NCBI GenBank assembly: GCA_040285855.1
Contig: JAUFOQ010000005.1
Span: forward strand, 1,798,001 to 1,862,000
Origin: Eukaryota sp. GEM-RC1
Taxonomy: Eukaryota
Direction of reading: 5' to 3'
Length of the DNA stretch: 64,000 nucleotides
The notes beneath the pieces were generated by a model, which saw nothing but the letters and a program-made list of their open reading frames with translations, searched no databases and was not told where the DNA came from. The position numbers were made by a program, and so were the translations under genes. Below are positions 13,757 through 26,271 of this stretch, one piece after another; position 1 is the first letter of the stretch, and each line of letters begins with the position of its first letter.

Positions 13757-15722
13757 ATGAGTCGTTCGCTCCCTTCCACTGTCTCCTGTGTGGTGTCTAA
13801 CTGTGATGAACTGTCGATATTAGCTTCATCCACACCTCCTCCCTCTAAACGCATCCATGCTCAGCAGACTTTATTGGTTCTCATCCATCTCCACTTGCTC
13901 AGACGTCTTCTTAAGCGTACTTTCGAAGATAATCATGATGGAACTAATCCTCAGCTCAGAGGTTTGAAAACAGCATTACCTACATTCTTTGGACAAGTTG
14001 GTTATGTAAGTCACCACTTCCTCGATTCTTCATTCCAAGCAGTTAAAGTCTATTTTCAATTACACACCTTTCATGCTGATCTTGAACACCTTCCCAAACT
14101 AATTTCACTTGCTTCTTTTTTTTGGAGTGGATCAACAATCTGTTTTCTTACACTCTGGCGAAACTTTTGAACTTGAGAAGTTTCTTAGTTATTCTGGTAT
14201 AATTACAGGATTGAGAATCGTACTAGTAGAACCCTCTGATTTAGAGTTTCTAAATAATTCTTCTTCTTTATTTCCACGTCTTAAGCAGCTAGAAGTAGAA
14301 GTAACGAGACGAAACACCTCTGTTTCTATGTTATTGATTGAAGCGTTGAAAACCAATACCACAGTTACAGGTATTGATCTGAGATACAACTATATTGGAG
14401 CTGAAGGTGCCCAAGCTTTGGCAGAGACGTTGAAAGTTAATGCTTCAGTTACAAGTATTGATCTGACAAACAACTTAATTGGAGCTGAAGGTGCCCAAGC
14501 TTTGGCAGAGGCGTTGAAAGTTAATGCCTCAGTTACACGTATTGATCTTTGTACAAACCGTATCGGAGATGAAGGTGCCAGAGCTTTGGCAGATGCGTTG
14601 AAAGTTAATGCTTCAGTTGTAAGTGTTGAGCTTCGTATAAACCGTGTCGGAGATAAAGGTGCCCGAGCTTTGGCAGAGGCGTTGACAGTTAATACAACAA
14701 TTACAAGTATTGATCTCAGTTGCAGCTCTATTGAAGCTGAAGGTGCTAGAGCTTTGGCAGATGCATTAAAGGTTAATGCTTCAGTTACAAATGTTAATCT
14801 AACTAGCAACTGTATTGGAGCTGAAGGTGCCAGAGCTTTGGCAGAGGCGTTGAAAGTTAATGCTTCAATTACAAGTATTGATCTAAGTTGCAGCTCTATT
14901 AGAGCTGAAGGTGCCAGAGCTTTGGCAGAGGCGTTAAAGGTTAATGCTTCAGTTACAAGTGTTATTCTAACTAGCAACAATATTGGTGATGAAGGTGCAA
15001 GAGCTTTGGCTTATGCGTTGACAGTTAATGCTTCAATTACAAGTATTGATCTAAGTTGCAGCTCTATTAGAGCTGAAGGTGCCAGAGCTTTGGCAGAGGC
15101 GTTAAAGGTTAATGCTTCAGTTACAAGTGTTATTCTAACTAGCAACAATATTGGTGATGAAGGTGCAAGAGCTTTGGCTTATGCGTTGAAAGTTAATGCT
15201 TCAATTACAAGTATTGATCTAAGTTGCAGCTCTATTAGAGCTGAAGGTGCCAGAGCTTTGGCAGAGGCGTTAAAGGTTAATGCTTCAGTTACAGGTGTTA
15301 TTCTAACTAGCAACAATATTGGTGATGAAGGTGCAAGAGCTTTGGCTTATGCGTTGAAAGTTAATGCTTCAGTTACAAGTATTTATCTCAACTCCAACAC
15401 TATTGGTGATGAAGGTGCCAGAGCTTTGGCAGAGGCGTTGAAAGTGAATGCTTCAGTTACCAGTGTTGATCTAGGTGGAACCTCTATTGAAGATGAAGGT
15501 GTCAGAGCTTTGGCAGATGCCCTGAAAGTTAATGCTTCAATTACAGGTTTTGATCTAAACGAAAAGTTAATTAGAGATGAAGGTGCTAGAGCTTTGGCAT
15601 ATGCATTAAAAGTGAATGCTTCAGTTACAAGTATTGATCTGAGGAACAGTCACATTGGAGCTGAAGGTGCCAGAGCTTTGGCAGAGGCGTTGAAAGTTAA
15701 TACCATAGTTCACTTAGATTAA
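13757..15722 (+). CDS. LRR protein copy 3 (16 repeats), +1 frameshift in T8 at ~14116-14123
   Basis: Nearly identical to copy 2 in the 5' half; 2x84 nt longer. Confidence 0.9.
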
Positions 15723-15847
15723 ATACTTGTACGTATATTGTATATTTTTGTCATCGTCTATATACAATTTTTTTCAGGTTATCAGATTCAAAGTAATTTT
15801 CAATAAGATTCAGTCCTATTATTCAAATTGAGAATCTGAATCTTTCT

Positions 15848-16665
15848 TGACATAACATCAACAGCTTCCACACGCCATAATCATATCAACGATATTCTCG
15901 AAGATAAATCCATGATTAAAAGTATAAACAGTCACCTCCACAATAATTTCGTAATTTTGAATTTGTTGGTTATTGCTGAAGATCTTCAAGAAAATGAGAG
16001 AATAAAGGAAGAACAAGACGCAGCTAACAGCAATCAATCAAATTAGAGACCATCCAAGTCCAATCAAACTAATCCGTTCAGTATTGGCATCCTGATCCTC
16101 AGGTCCTCTAAGTGTGCTACCAAGCAACATGGCACACACTTTGGTCTTTGCTTGGTCATTGAGACTCCTACATCATCATCCCTCAAGATCAAGAACATAG
16201 TCACTGGTATAGAAAACCAAGCTAGCATACATCAATGTAAGCCGGACAACTCCGACCTTCCATCTAACAATGGTATACATCAACAAGTTGCAACAGGTGA
16301 TACAGGAACAACATGTCATCTTCCAAGTGTTGGAACAGTTCCACTCACATGAAGGACTTATGTGTTTTTTTCTGTGGATTGGCGGTGATATCACAACAGT
16401 TTCCTCTTCTAGCATTAAAAAAACTGAAGCTTATATCGAGGTTTTAAAAAATAATACTAATCCTCCATAATTTTCCAGAAAGTGTTATCCAAGGCTAAAT
16501 ATAATAAAACTCCAATAGCAAAGAGAACTCAAAGAAGCGTTGTCTCGAAGAATAAGAAGAAGTAGTAGTAGCGTAGGTATGTAATAGTTAACTGCAATCA
16601 TAAACCATCTTAATTTCATTCCATACTTCCGTATCACTCCGACTTCTTACAACCTTAAAGCATCA
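15848..16665 (+). mobile_element. Internally deleted remnant of the Gypsy family found at 41943-47201, with a diverged 94-bp 3' LTR (16572-16665)
   Basis: 15848-15972 matches 43490-43620 (pre-protease), then jumps to match 46511-47201 (integrase C-terminus, chromodomain, PPT, LTR ending GCATCA). Confidence 0.85.
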
Positions 16666-17326
16666 CTATAACAAATTTAAAGAGTTCAATTGTCCACATC
16701 CAACCAAGATTCTTCTTTACATGATTTACTAGAAAGACGCATCTCATCTACTTAAAAAATGGTGATTTCAAGGGCAAAATACAATGAATCTTTACTAAAT
16801 CTTTGAAGACATTGGTCTACCAGTTTTGGAATGTGTTTCTGTTTTTGGTCTTTTCTGACATTCAAAAAGGAGGCTTTCTGTATAAATTCTGTATATTGAT
16901 TGAATTAATTCAAAGTAAGAGCATACTGTGATTACTGACAGTGTTCTCCCTCTCCAAGATGACTAACCAGAATCATTCAAAATGGTGTACTTGTGCAAAC
17001 GTATAAATAAGTAACATCCAATAAAAACTTGAGAAGAATCTGAGAAAAAAGCAGTTAGATCATCATGATGCAAATACAACACCATGTTATCGTTTTAGAT
17101 GAAAATCAATTTCTCGTTGAATAAGTGACAAGCTACCCAATACTGATAAGTAATACAGATATTTTGAAAACCACAGTACGTCATTTTCATGGCAGATCTC
17201 ATACCGTCTCCAAGAATGATTCATGATGGATAAAAGGATTAACTAACAGAACTGTTCTTCTGATGACTGGAGAGTTCGAACGGTGCTTGCTTTCAAAACC
17301 AAGTTGACATCATTAAGTTTGAGGGA

Positions 17327-18928
17327 ATGCAGAAAGTTTCTTCTGGATCAATAGCCTCACCTCGCCCTGATCCTTTGTTGAAAAGGAGTTGTTCATCCCC
17401 TTCCAGTGTCTCCTATCTGATGTCTGACTGTGAAGAACTGTCTGTATTGTCTTCATCCACACCTCCTCCCTCTAAACGTATCCATGTTCAGCAGACTTTA
17501 TTGGTTCTCATCCATCTCCACTTGCTGAGACGTCTTTTTAAGCGTACTTTCGAAGATAATCATGATGGAACTAATCCTCTACTCAGAGGTTTGAAAACAG
17601 CATTACCTGCATTCTTTGGACAAGTTGGCTATGTAAGTAATCACTTCCTTGATTCTTCATTCCAAGCAGTCAAACTGTATGTTCAATTACACACCTTTCA
17701 CGCTGATCTTGAACATCTTCCCAAACTAATTTTACTTGCTGCTTTCTTTGGAGTGGATGAACAATCTGTTTTCTTACACTGTGACAAAACAATTGAACGT
17801 GAGGAATTTCTCAATTATTCTGGTATAATTACAGGATTGAGAATCGTACTAAGGGAACCCTCTGATTTGGAGTTTCTCAATAATTCTTCTTCGTTATTTC
17901 CACGTCTTAAGCAGCTAGAAGTAGAAGTAACGAGACGAAACACCTCTGTTTCTATGTTATTGATTGAAGCGTTGAATACCAATATTACAGTTACAAGTGT
18001 TAATCTGGGTTTCAACTATATTGGAGCTGAAGGTGCCCGAGCTTTGGCAGAAGCATTGAAAGTTAATGCTTCAGTTACAAGTATTGATCTGAGATATAAC
18101 TCTATTGGAGCTGAAGGTGCCCGAGCTTTGGCAGAGGCGTTGAAAGTTAATGCATCAGTTACAAGTGTTGATCTACGTACAAACCGTATCGGAGATGAAG
18201 GTGCCAGAGCTTTGGCAGAGGCGTTGAAAGTTAATGATTCAGTTACAAGTGTTAAACTGATTTACAACTCTATTGGAGATGAAGGTGCCCGAGCTTTGGC
18301 AGAGGCGTTGAAGGTTAATGCTTCAGTTACAAGTATTGATCTAAGTTGCAGCTCTATTGAAGCTGAAGGTGCCAGAGCTTTGGCAGAGGCGTTGAAGGTT
18401 AATGCTTCAGTTACAAATGTTAATCTAACTAGCAGCTCTATTGGAGCTGAAGGTGCCAGAGCTTTGGCAGAGGCGTTGAAGGTTAATGCTTCAGTTACAA
18501 ATGTTAATCTAACTAGCAGCTCTATTGGTGATGAAGGTGCCAGAGATTTGGCAGAGGCGTTGACAGTTAATACTTCAGTTTCAAGTGTTACCTTGCGTTT
18601 CAATTCCATTGGAGCTGAAGGTGCCAGAGCTTTGGCTTATGCGTTGACAGTTAATGCTTCAATTACAGGTGTTGACCTAAGCGAAAACTTAATTAGAGAT
18701 GAAGGTGTCAGAGCTTTGGCAGAGGCGTTGAAAGTTAATGCTTCAATTACAGGTGTTGACCTAAGCAAAAACTTAATTAGAGATGAAGGTGCTAGAGCTT
18801 TGGCAGAGGCGTTGAAAGTTAATACTTCAGTTACAAGTATTGATCTGAGATACAACGATATTGGACATGAAGGTGCCAGAGCTTTGGCAGAGGCGTTGAA
18901 AGTTAATACCTTAGTTCACATAGATTAA
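17327..18928 (+). CDS. LRR protein copy 4 (11 repeats), uninterrupted 533-aa ORF
   Basis: N-terminal domain and LRRs are in one frame (GCT TTC TTT GGA at the site that is shifted in other copies). Confidence 0.92.
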   Translation: MQKVSSGSIASPRPDPLLKRSCSSPSSVSYLMSDCEELSVLSSSTPPPSKRIHVQQTLLVLIHLHLLRRLFKRTFEDNHDGTNPLLRGLKTALPAFFGQVGYVSNHFLDSSFQAVKLYVQLHTFHADLEHLPKLILLAAFFGVDEQSVFLHCDKTIEREEFLNYSGIITGLRIVLREPSDLEFLNNSSSLFPRLKQLEVEVTRRNTSVSMLLIEALNTNITVTSVNLGFNYIGAEGARALAEALKVNASVTSIDLRYNSIGAEGARALAEALKVNASVTSVDLRTNRIGDEGARALAEALKVNDSVTSVKLIYNSIGDEGARALAEALKVNASVTSIDLSCSSIEAEGARALAEALKVNASVTNVNLTSSSIGAEGARALAEALKVNASVTNVNLTSSSIGDEGARDLAEALTVNTSVSSVTLRFNSIGAEGARALAYALTVNASITGVDLSENLIRDEGVRALAEALKVNASITGVDLSKNLIRDEGARALAEALKVNTSVTSIDLRYNDIGHEGARALAEALKVNTLVHID

Positions 18929-21007
18929 ATACATGAACGTATATATTATATTTTTGTCATCGTCTATACACAGTTTTTTAAGGTTATCAAAATCAAAGTA
19001 CTTAAAAAAGAGAATTTAGTCATGTTATTTAAATTGATAATCTGAAGCAATTTCCACAAATACCAAAACAAAATGTTGTTTACAATCACAACTGTAGAAT
19101 AGATTCAGTACGTTATCATATCTATATTTTTTCTCATTCTCTAGAAGTTCGCGTCTTTTCGATTCCCTAAGTCATTTAGTTATATAACTTCTTGGTTTAT
19201 ATTTTCTAGCCGAACTATACAACAACGAAAACCGAAACCCGTGTAAGTCAATGTTCTGTAGTAACAAAGGAGATATCATCAGCTCTACATCAACCTCACA
19301 AATGATCAATTGTCATATTAATTGTTGTACATATAATAGTTGTTGGTTATTTATTTGAAGATACACACCTACAGAGATCGTAAAATTGTATTTATTCCAG
19401 TTTTCACTTCGTTCCAGCCAGTGAAGGGTGTACTCTTTGTGCACTCCCCTAATCAAAACCACACTTCAGACCTCTTGAAAGAGAAGAATGGCTTCATGTG
19501 TTCCAAAGAAGAAGAAGAAATGTAATGTTCATGTATGCAGGTGTGTCAATACAGGATTAGTTTTCCAATACTGCAATCAGTATAGCTCCAATAATTACTG
19601 CCGTTAATTGAGGTGGTTTAGCCTTTAATGTAACTATCTGGAGATATTGCAGCATTGCCAATATACTTTGAGTTGATTGTTTCGTTTTTTAACTTCAATA
19701 TTTTGTACTTTTCTTTAAACAAGACCCGATTTTGTTGTTTACTTTTTCAATGTATTTACTTATAAAAATATTGTTTTATGACAGTTGTTACTACTGTATT
19801 TGTTTTTTTGTCTAATGTTTCTAATTGTGTTGATAATAAAAAAACAAAAACGTTGACTAAGGTTTTGGAGGACAATTCTTCTACTACTACACTCTTCACA
19901 AACAATTAGTCTGAATTCATAATGAGTCTGTGTCACTTATAAGTCTGAATCAGACTAATTATTGTTTGACCTCGTGAGGAGTGTTCCTTATGGTTCAGTT
20001 AAATGGTGTTTTAGCCCTTTTTAAACTTTTGTTCCTAGACACCTTGACTTACTTGACGTATTCAGCCCGTGTCATCCATTATTAGCACTTGCTCGAAAAA
20101 CAATTCGGCCACTTATCAATTTTCAAGAGGTACTGCGGTAGCGGATCAGTCCTGTTTGTGGATGTCTTTGGTATTCATCAACTATTTAAGGTGTTCGTCA
20201 CCAGATCTTTGTTAGACAAATAAAGCAGAAGTTGAAAATCCGTAACTATAACAAACTGGTTAATTCTGACACTTTTTTTTATAATGTGGATGTATTTTAA
20301 GTTGATGAGCGAACAATTACAAATGGTATAATACACTGTCCAAAAAGGTGAAACTCTTCATACACCTCATTTTGCTTACCTTTGTTTAGTTTATATCCAT
20401 GATTCTCGAAATAAACCGATTTTGAAATATTTTTCTCTCTTTCATTGAGGTCTTACCCATCTGAACTACTCATTGTCTCTACTTAAACCAGAGTTTGCTG
20501 TTTTTGAGAGGTATCATGTATAACAGTAACCGATCTTTACACACAACGAAGTTTCTTTTTGAGGTGCCCTGGATTATATCATGCATTTGCACAGCTTACA
20601 TAAATCAATGTAATGGAGGTGCAACGATACAGTAGAAGTGATGTCCGTCTATTCAGAGTGATTGTTAACGAAAGAGTTTTCCCCATGTTAGATCTATTTT
20701 CATCTATAGTAGATATTGACGTGCAAATGAGATCATTAATTTCAGCCTTTTAGCCCACGCCTATTTTAAAGACGAAATATACGAGTCAAACAACTCATCA
20801 GCATCTAATATGTTACTTAAGTAAAATGTGAAGTACACCATTTCAGGACCATATTCTAGGATGGTTTCTATATCATGAGCAAATATAAATTGAGTGTATA
20901 TTGTGATTTTATTGTAGAGAACATTTGCAACATCATATCAATTGTTTAAGCTAGATTTTGTATCAGTCAATGATGAACTGACGGTTATTGATCTGATTAC
21001 TGTTGAT

Positions 21008-22221
21008 CAGGGACTGTCAAAAATATATTGCACTTTTGCAATAATTGCAATATTGTGTATTGTGTATTGCAATACTGTATTGCAGCCTCATTTTGTATTG
21101 CAATATATTGCAATAATTTCAATTTTGAACAATATTTTTGACCAATGTTTTTCTGTTACTTGAGACTTCTTTAGCAACATAATACACCAGTGATTATTTT
21201 GTGTACAATTGAAAGTCCATACTACAAGTAAGTAGTATCTGTCAGATCGATATGTTTATTCGGCACCCAATAAGGTAACCTTCCTACAAACTATGAAATT
21301 GTAAAAACAAACCAATAATACTAAGATTAAATCCAAACGACTTCATCACCACCCGGTAAAAGATTACGTTTATCAACATTAACCTTCACGCCAAACTTGT
21401 ACAATTTCTCAATTAATCTAGAGAAATAGAAAGGCATATTCCGATATATGGAAAACACTATACGGTTTTTCCATTCAGCCGCTCTAAACTTACGCTTCTT
21501 TTCTTTACACAATTCTTCGAAATCCTTGAAAAATTGATCACCAGCAGGACTAATAGATCCAAAAGAGAAACAACAAACGGTTGAAACACAAATTTGGAAT
21601 ATGAGTCAGATCTGACTAACAAATGTAAACCTAATGTCATTCTTCACATCATCTTACATGACACATCATTCTAGTCCCGTTCGAAAACAGATGGCAAAAG
21701 CCTACTATTCAACTATCTCCCGGAACTCAACTCAATCAATGTAATTCTGTTATAGTAAATGACGTGAGTAGTGATGATGATGAAGTTGAAGAAATTGCTG
21801 AACGCCCTGGACCTGTTTCCTCTGTTTAAAGATGTCTTAACTCGAATAAAAAAATTGAATTAATTTCTTTCCAGAAACATATAAATGTTGCAAAACGACT
21901 CTTCAGTAGAGCTCGAATGGCGCAAGTGTTGTCAAAACACTGCTTATCTAATGGGAATCTTGCCAATCGACTATTTCTGTCTGTAACTAGAGAGTATTAG
22001 GACATTAGATTGGTTCACAAGACGGTGAATCAGAAACTGCTCAAATTAGATATCACGTAATGATGTTTTTATGGTTTATCAGTGGAATTTAGACAATATA
22101 TACTCTCGTCAACAATATTTATATTGCTACCAATTATTGCAATATATTGCAGTATTGCAATACTGTATTGCAACTCACTTTGGCCGTGCAATATATTGCA
22201 ATATATTTTTGACAGTCCCTG
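21008..22221 (+). mobile_element. Non-autonomous hAT DNA transposon, 1214 bp
   Basis: 25-bp TIR CAGGGACTGTCAAAAATATATTGCA; 8-bp TSD CTGTTGAT (21000-21007 and 22222-22229); empty site at 7923. Subterminal ATTGCAAT arrays, and a remnant NVAKRLFSRAR...LANRLFL resembling the hAT dimerisation domain (~21884-21990). Confidence 0.92.
21260..21640 (-). pseudogene. 5'-truncated CRE-like non-LTR fragment (RLE C-terminus + 3' UTR) nested in the hAT element
   Basis: YSKFVFQPFVVSLL and WKNRIVFSIYRNMP resemble the C-termini of ORFs 34261 and 34853. Confidence 0.65.
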
Positions 22222-22613
22222 CTGTTGATGGTTGCAAAGAAGTGCATTTAAGCATACTGACAATGAAGTTTCTCCACTTCATTTTTCACAACAATTCAAG
22301 AGGAACAAATATGATATTCCCCCGACTGTTCGCAAACATAAAGAGAAAGTTTTTGTTATTGGAAGGGGAAAAAAAGGCAACCAGGACAAAGGAAACAGTT
22401 GAATGATTTTAAACGTTTTACTACGAGGTCAATATTTCATGATGTTGTTTCAATGACAATTCTCCAAGAATGTTTCATGTAGGATGAAAAGAATTCGTTC
22501 TCAGTAACGCTCTTCTTCTGATTAGAGATTTTTTGGTTATAAAACCAAGTGGGGATACAGATTAAAGTAAGATTGAGGATTTCATGGGAAAATCGAACCA
22601 ATTTTAAATATCT

Positions 22614-23022
22614 TTGTCTAACTCAATTATGAGAAACAAGAGCAGAGGTCATTTGATTGGTTCTTGGTTGTTCTCTCAGGAAATAATTGTGGACTTTACT
22701 AAGGTTGATCCTTGTAACCCAACTTCTGTTAACAGAATTTTAGACGAAAACTATTCATCTCTTGAAACTGTTCAAAAGAAAAAATTAGATTGTAATTGGT
22801 GAATTAATTTCCAAGATTAATTCTCGCCGACACAATCCTTTTGTTTTCCATTCTTTTGCTATTTCTCTTTATGGGACGTTTGGCTTCTCGGTCAACAATT
22901 TCTCACAGATTTTGGCAGATTGTGTAAGCAGTATGGAAAGAATTTTAATGAAAGTTACTGGAGAGGAAGGTTGTCGTTTTCCCTTTTCAAAGCATTGCCT
23001 GGGTATTTTGATTCGATTTTGA
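22614..23022 (+). pseudogene. RLE fragment of non-LTR retrotransposon (duplicate, frameshifted)
   Basis: Copy of 8314-8722. Confidence 0.7.
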
Positions 23023-23207
23023 ACCATCTTTTTGCATTGAGACATGAATTTGAGATGATGTAGAGGGATTGGTATCGCATTTATTGATATTGATGATACA
23101 TTGTAGTTTGTATTTGTATGAGTAACATGCGTTTCAGATTGTACTAATAATAGAAAGTCCTCATTTCTTTGACCATCAATAGTCAACCCACGCTCTGATC
23201 CTTTGAT

Positions 23208-24291
23208 ATGAGTCGTTCGCTCCCTTCCACTGTCTCCTGTGTGGTGTCTAACTGTGATGAACTGTCGATATTAGCTTCATCCACATATCCTCCCTTTAAA
23301 CGCATCCATGCTCAGCAGACTTTATTGGTTCTCATCCATCTCCACCTGCTGAGACGTCTTTTTAAGCGTTCTTTTGAGTACTGGTATAATCAGTACTCAT
23401 ACTATGATGGTCAAACTAGTCCTCCACTCGCTGCTTTGAAAACAGCGTTACCTACATTCTTTGAACAAGTTGGTTATGTAAGTAATCACTTCCTTGATTC
23501 TTCATTCCAAGCAGTTAAAATGTTTTTCCAATTACACACCTTTCATGCTGATCGTAAACACTTTCCCGAACTAATTTCACTTGCTTCTTTCTTTTGGAAC
23601 AGATCCACAATCTGTTTTCTTACACGCTGATGGACTTTTAGAAATTGAGAAATTTCTTAATTATTCTGGTATAATTACAGGATTGAGAATCGACCTAAGA
23701 AAACCCTCTGATTTAGAGTTTCTAAACAATTCTTCTTCTTTATTTCCACGTCTTAAGCAACTAGAAGTATCAGTGTTTCAACGCACCTCTGTATCTATGT
23801 TATTGATTGAATCTTTGAAAACCAATACTACAGTTACAAGTATTAATCTAGATTCCAACTCTATTGGAGATGAAGGTGCCGTAGCTTTGGCAGAGGCATT
23901 GAAAGTTAATGTTTCAGTTACAAGTATTGATCTGGAATACAACTCTATTGGAGATGAAGGTGCCAGGGCTTTGGCAGAGGCATTGAAAGTTAATGCTTCA
24001 GTTACGAGTGTTATTTTAAGTGTTAACTCAATTGGAGATGAAGGTGCCAGAGCTTTGGCAGAGGCATTGAAAGCTAATGCTTCAATTACAAGAATTAATC
24101 TAAGTATTAACTCTATTCGAGTTGAAGGTGCCAGAGCTTTGGCAGAGGCGTTAAAAATTAATACTTCAGTTACAAATATCAATTTAAACATTAACTCTAT
24201 TGGGGCTGAAGGTGCCAGAGCTTTGGCAGAGGCGTTGACAGTTAATCCCAGACTTAAAATAGAGGGAGTAAATCAAGTTAATAACTCTTAA
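23208..24291 (+). CDS. LRR protein copy 5 (5 repeats), +1 frameshift at TTCTTTTGG (~23592-23595)
   Basis: Same family; C-terminal cap VNPRLKIEGVN is like copy 8. Confidence 0.88.
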
Positions 24292-25362
24292 TTAGTTGTC
24301 GACATAAACTTGTTTTTTATACTGCATTTATGAAAATCACATGTGAATGAATACGATGTAAGTGTTTCTGAAGGTTTGTTCCGATTGTTAACAGTTTTAA
24401 TAATTTTTACTCAAATTACTTGAAACTTAAACGCTTTCAATTTTTGGTCATTCCCAAAGCTTCTCCTTCAGCAGTCGCAATGAATTTAAAATACATTAAT
24501 AATTCCGAAAAGGTCAGTTGATTTATTTTAATTTTAAATCATCACTGGATCATATTGTTGTAGCAAGTCCATTGTTCCAATGATTCCCTTCTAGAAAATA
24601 GTTTTGAATTTTGGTTCCATAAACATGCTATAATGGGAATAATTAAAATGAATTTTTGAATTACTGAATTATTGAATTTTTGATTTACTTGAACACTACT
24701 GTTGTGATTCTGACATTAACTCATTTTTGCTTGGATACCATCGTTTAAGGTTCATTTTGGAGACAGTCATTTTCGGAGGGCTGTATTGTAGCAATGATTC
24801 TGAACACCTCATCACCTCATCACGTCACGTCATTTTTGATCAAGAGACTCACGTTGTCTACAAGATTGGTTCATGATGGATTAAAAAGATTAACTGACAA
24901 TGGTTTTGGTGATAGTAGTACACTTACGACCAAAAAGTCTACCACCGCATTTCAACATTGGATCATTTTAATTGATTTAGGGTGTAAAATTACATTTATT
25001 TAATTTTGTCAGTCTCAGATACTCCAACATTTGAAATAACCACACATCTGCCAGACCACATCTTGGAGGTTGATGACTCCGTGTGTATCATATCAACATA
25101 AGGCTGAGACGCAATCTTCACAAATCGTGTGCTTGCATTTCTTTTCTTGTTGGACTACGTTCTTGTTGACGCACCTAATCATACAGTCCTCTATTCAGTC
25201 AATTGGATTAGAAATGGATGTAAGAATCTCTTTCAATTGTAGATAATATCTCATCACTAATTCGTGATCGTACTTTATTCCTTCAGTGATTACGCACAGA
25301 TAATTCTTTAAGATTTTACAGTTGGTCTTAGCTCGGCTGAGGAAAAAATACAAATTTCACTA

Positions 25363-25786
25363 CACCGATTGTTTCAATTAGTCTCACTAGAAAATAGTCT
25401 CAGTGAGACTAATTCTAATATCAGAGTTTCACTTTTGACCTCCAAAATATTTCTTTTTTTGTTTTTAACGAGAAAGATGCAACAAAAATACAAATGATTG
25501 AATGAGCTTTTACAGTAAGAAGAACTTTTATGCTGATAGGATCAAATTAACGTCTACTTAACCATATGATTCCCCTCTCACTCATCATTTCTTATAGCTT
25601 CAGTCGTAGCTTTAAGGTTCAGAGTATAAAATGATGCCATATTTATACAAATTTAGTGAGACTAATACAATTCCGAAATAATTAGCCTCACTAGAAATTA
25701 GTCTCGGTGAGACTAATTCCGATATATGACTAGTGAAAATGAAGTACCGAATTAGTCTCAGTGAGACTAATTGGAAACAGTCGGTG
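25363..25786. mobile_element. Tc1/mariner-type MITE with TA flanks
   Basis: TA|CACCGATTGTTTCAATTAGTCTCACT ... AGTGAGACTAATTGGAAACAGTCGGTG|TA, with repeated AGTCTCA-N-TGAGACT palindromes. Confidence 0.8.
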
Positions 25787-25989
25787 TAATTTTTTAATTG
25801 ATTTAAAGGAGAGTTCTACTGTGCATCAATTGATCATCAGTATTTACAGTATCTTTTGGAGAGATCGTCTCGTTTTTTCTACGAAACTCGTATTTCGTTC
25901 AATGTTTCAGTATTTCGACGCAATTTTGAAGAAACTCTTTGGAGTTTAAGACCATGTCATGAGATGGAATTGTATTGTTAATTTTGTTT

Positions 25990-26250
25990 ACGTTTTTTAG
26001 ACTTTGTGTTTTTTAAGAGATAAAAGATTTCCACAAGTGTATGGATTAATATTAAATGATCATCAATGGACCACTACAATGGGACTTCGTTGCTATTTAT
26101 GGTCATACAACTTGGCAAATGATCTTCAATGTAGCTCAGGAAAACAATTAATCTTTTCTCATTTGTTAAGTTGTAACCGCTACATAACTAATCGAACTTG
26201 CAGTATGATGCCGTAAAAGACCAAATGCATGTTATGTGTAAGTCCTACAA
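25990..26250 (+). pseudogene. Non-LTR retrotransposon remnant (pre-RLE zinc-knuckle region)
   Basis: LQCSSGKQLIFSHLLSC is a degenerate CxCx7HxxxC knuckle. Confidence 0.45.
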
Positions 26251-26271
26251 ATCAAATCTTAGTAATTACAA

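Larger units (their letters stand above)
1092..24291 (+). repeat. Tandem segmental duplication: ~5 kb unit (TE remnants + LRR gene + 3' flank), about 4 copies
   Basis: The marker ttgtttcgttttttaacttcaat recurs at 1092, 6615, 11468 and 19677, and the intergenic sequence is highly similar between copies. Confidence 0.95.
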
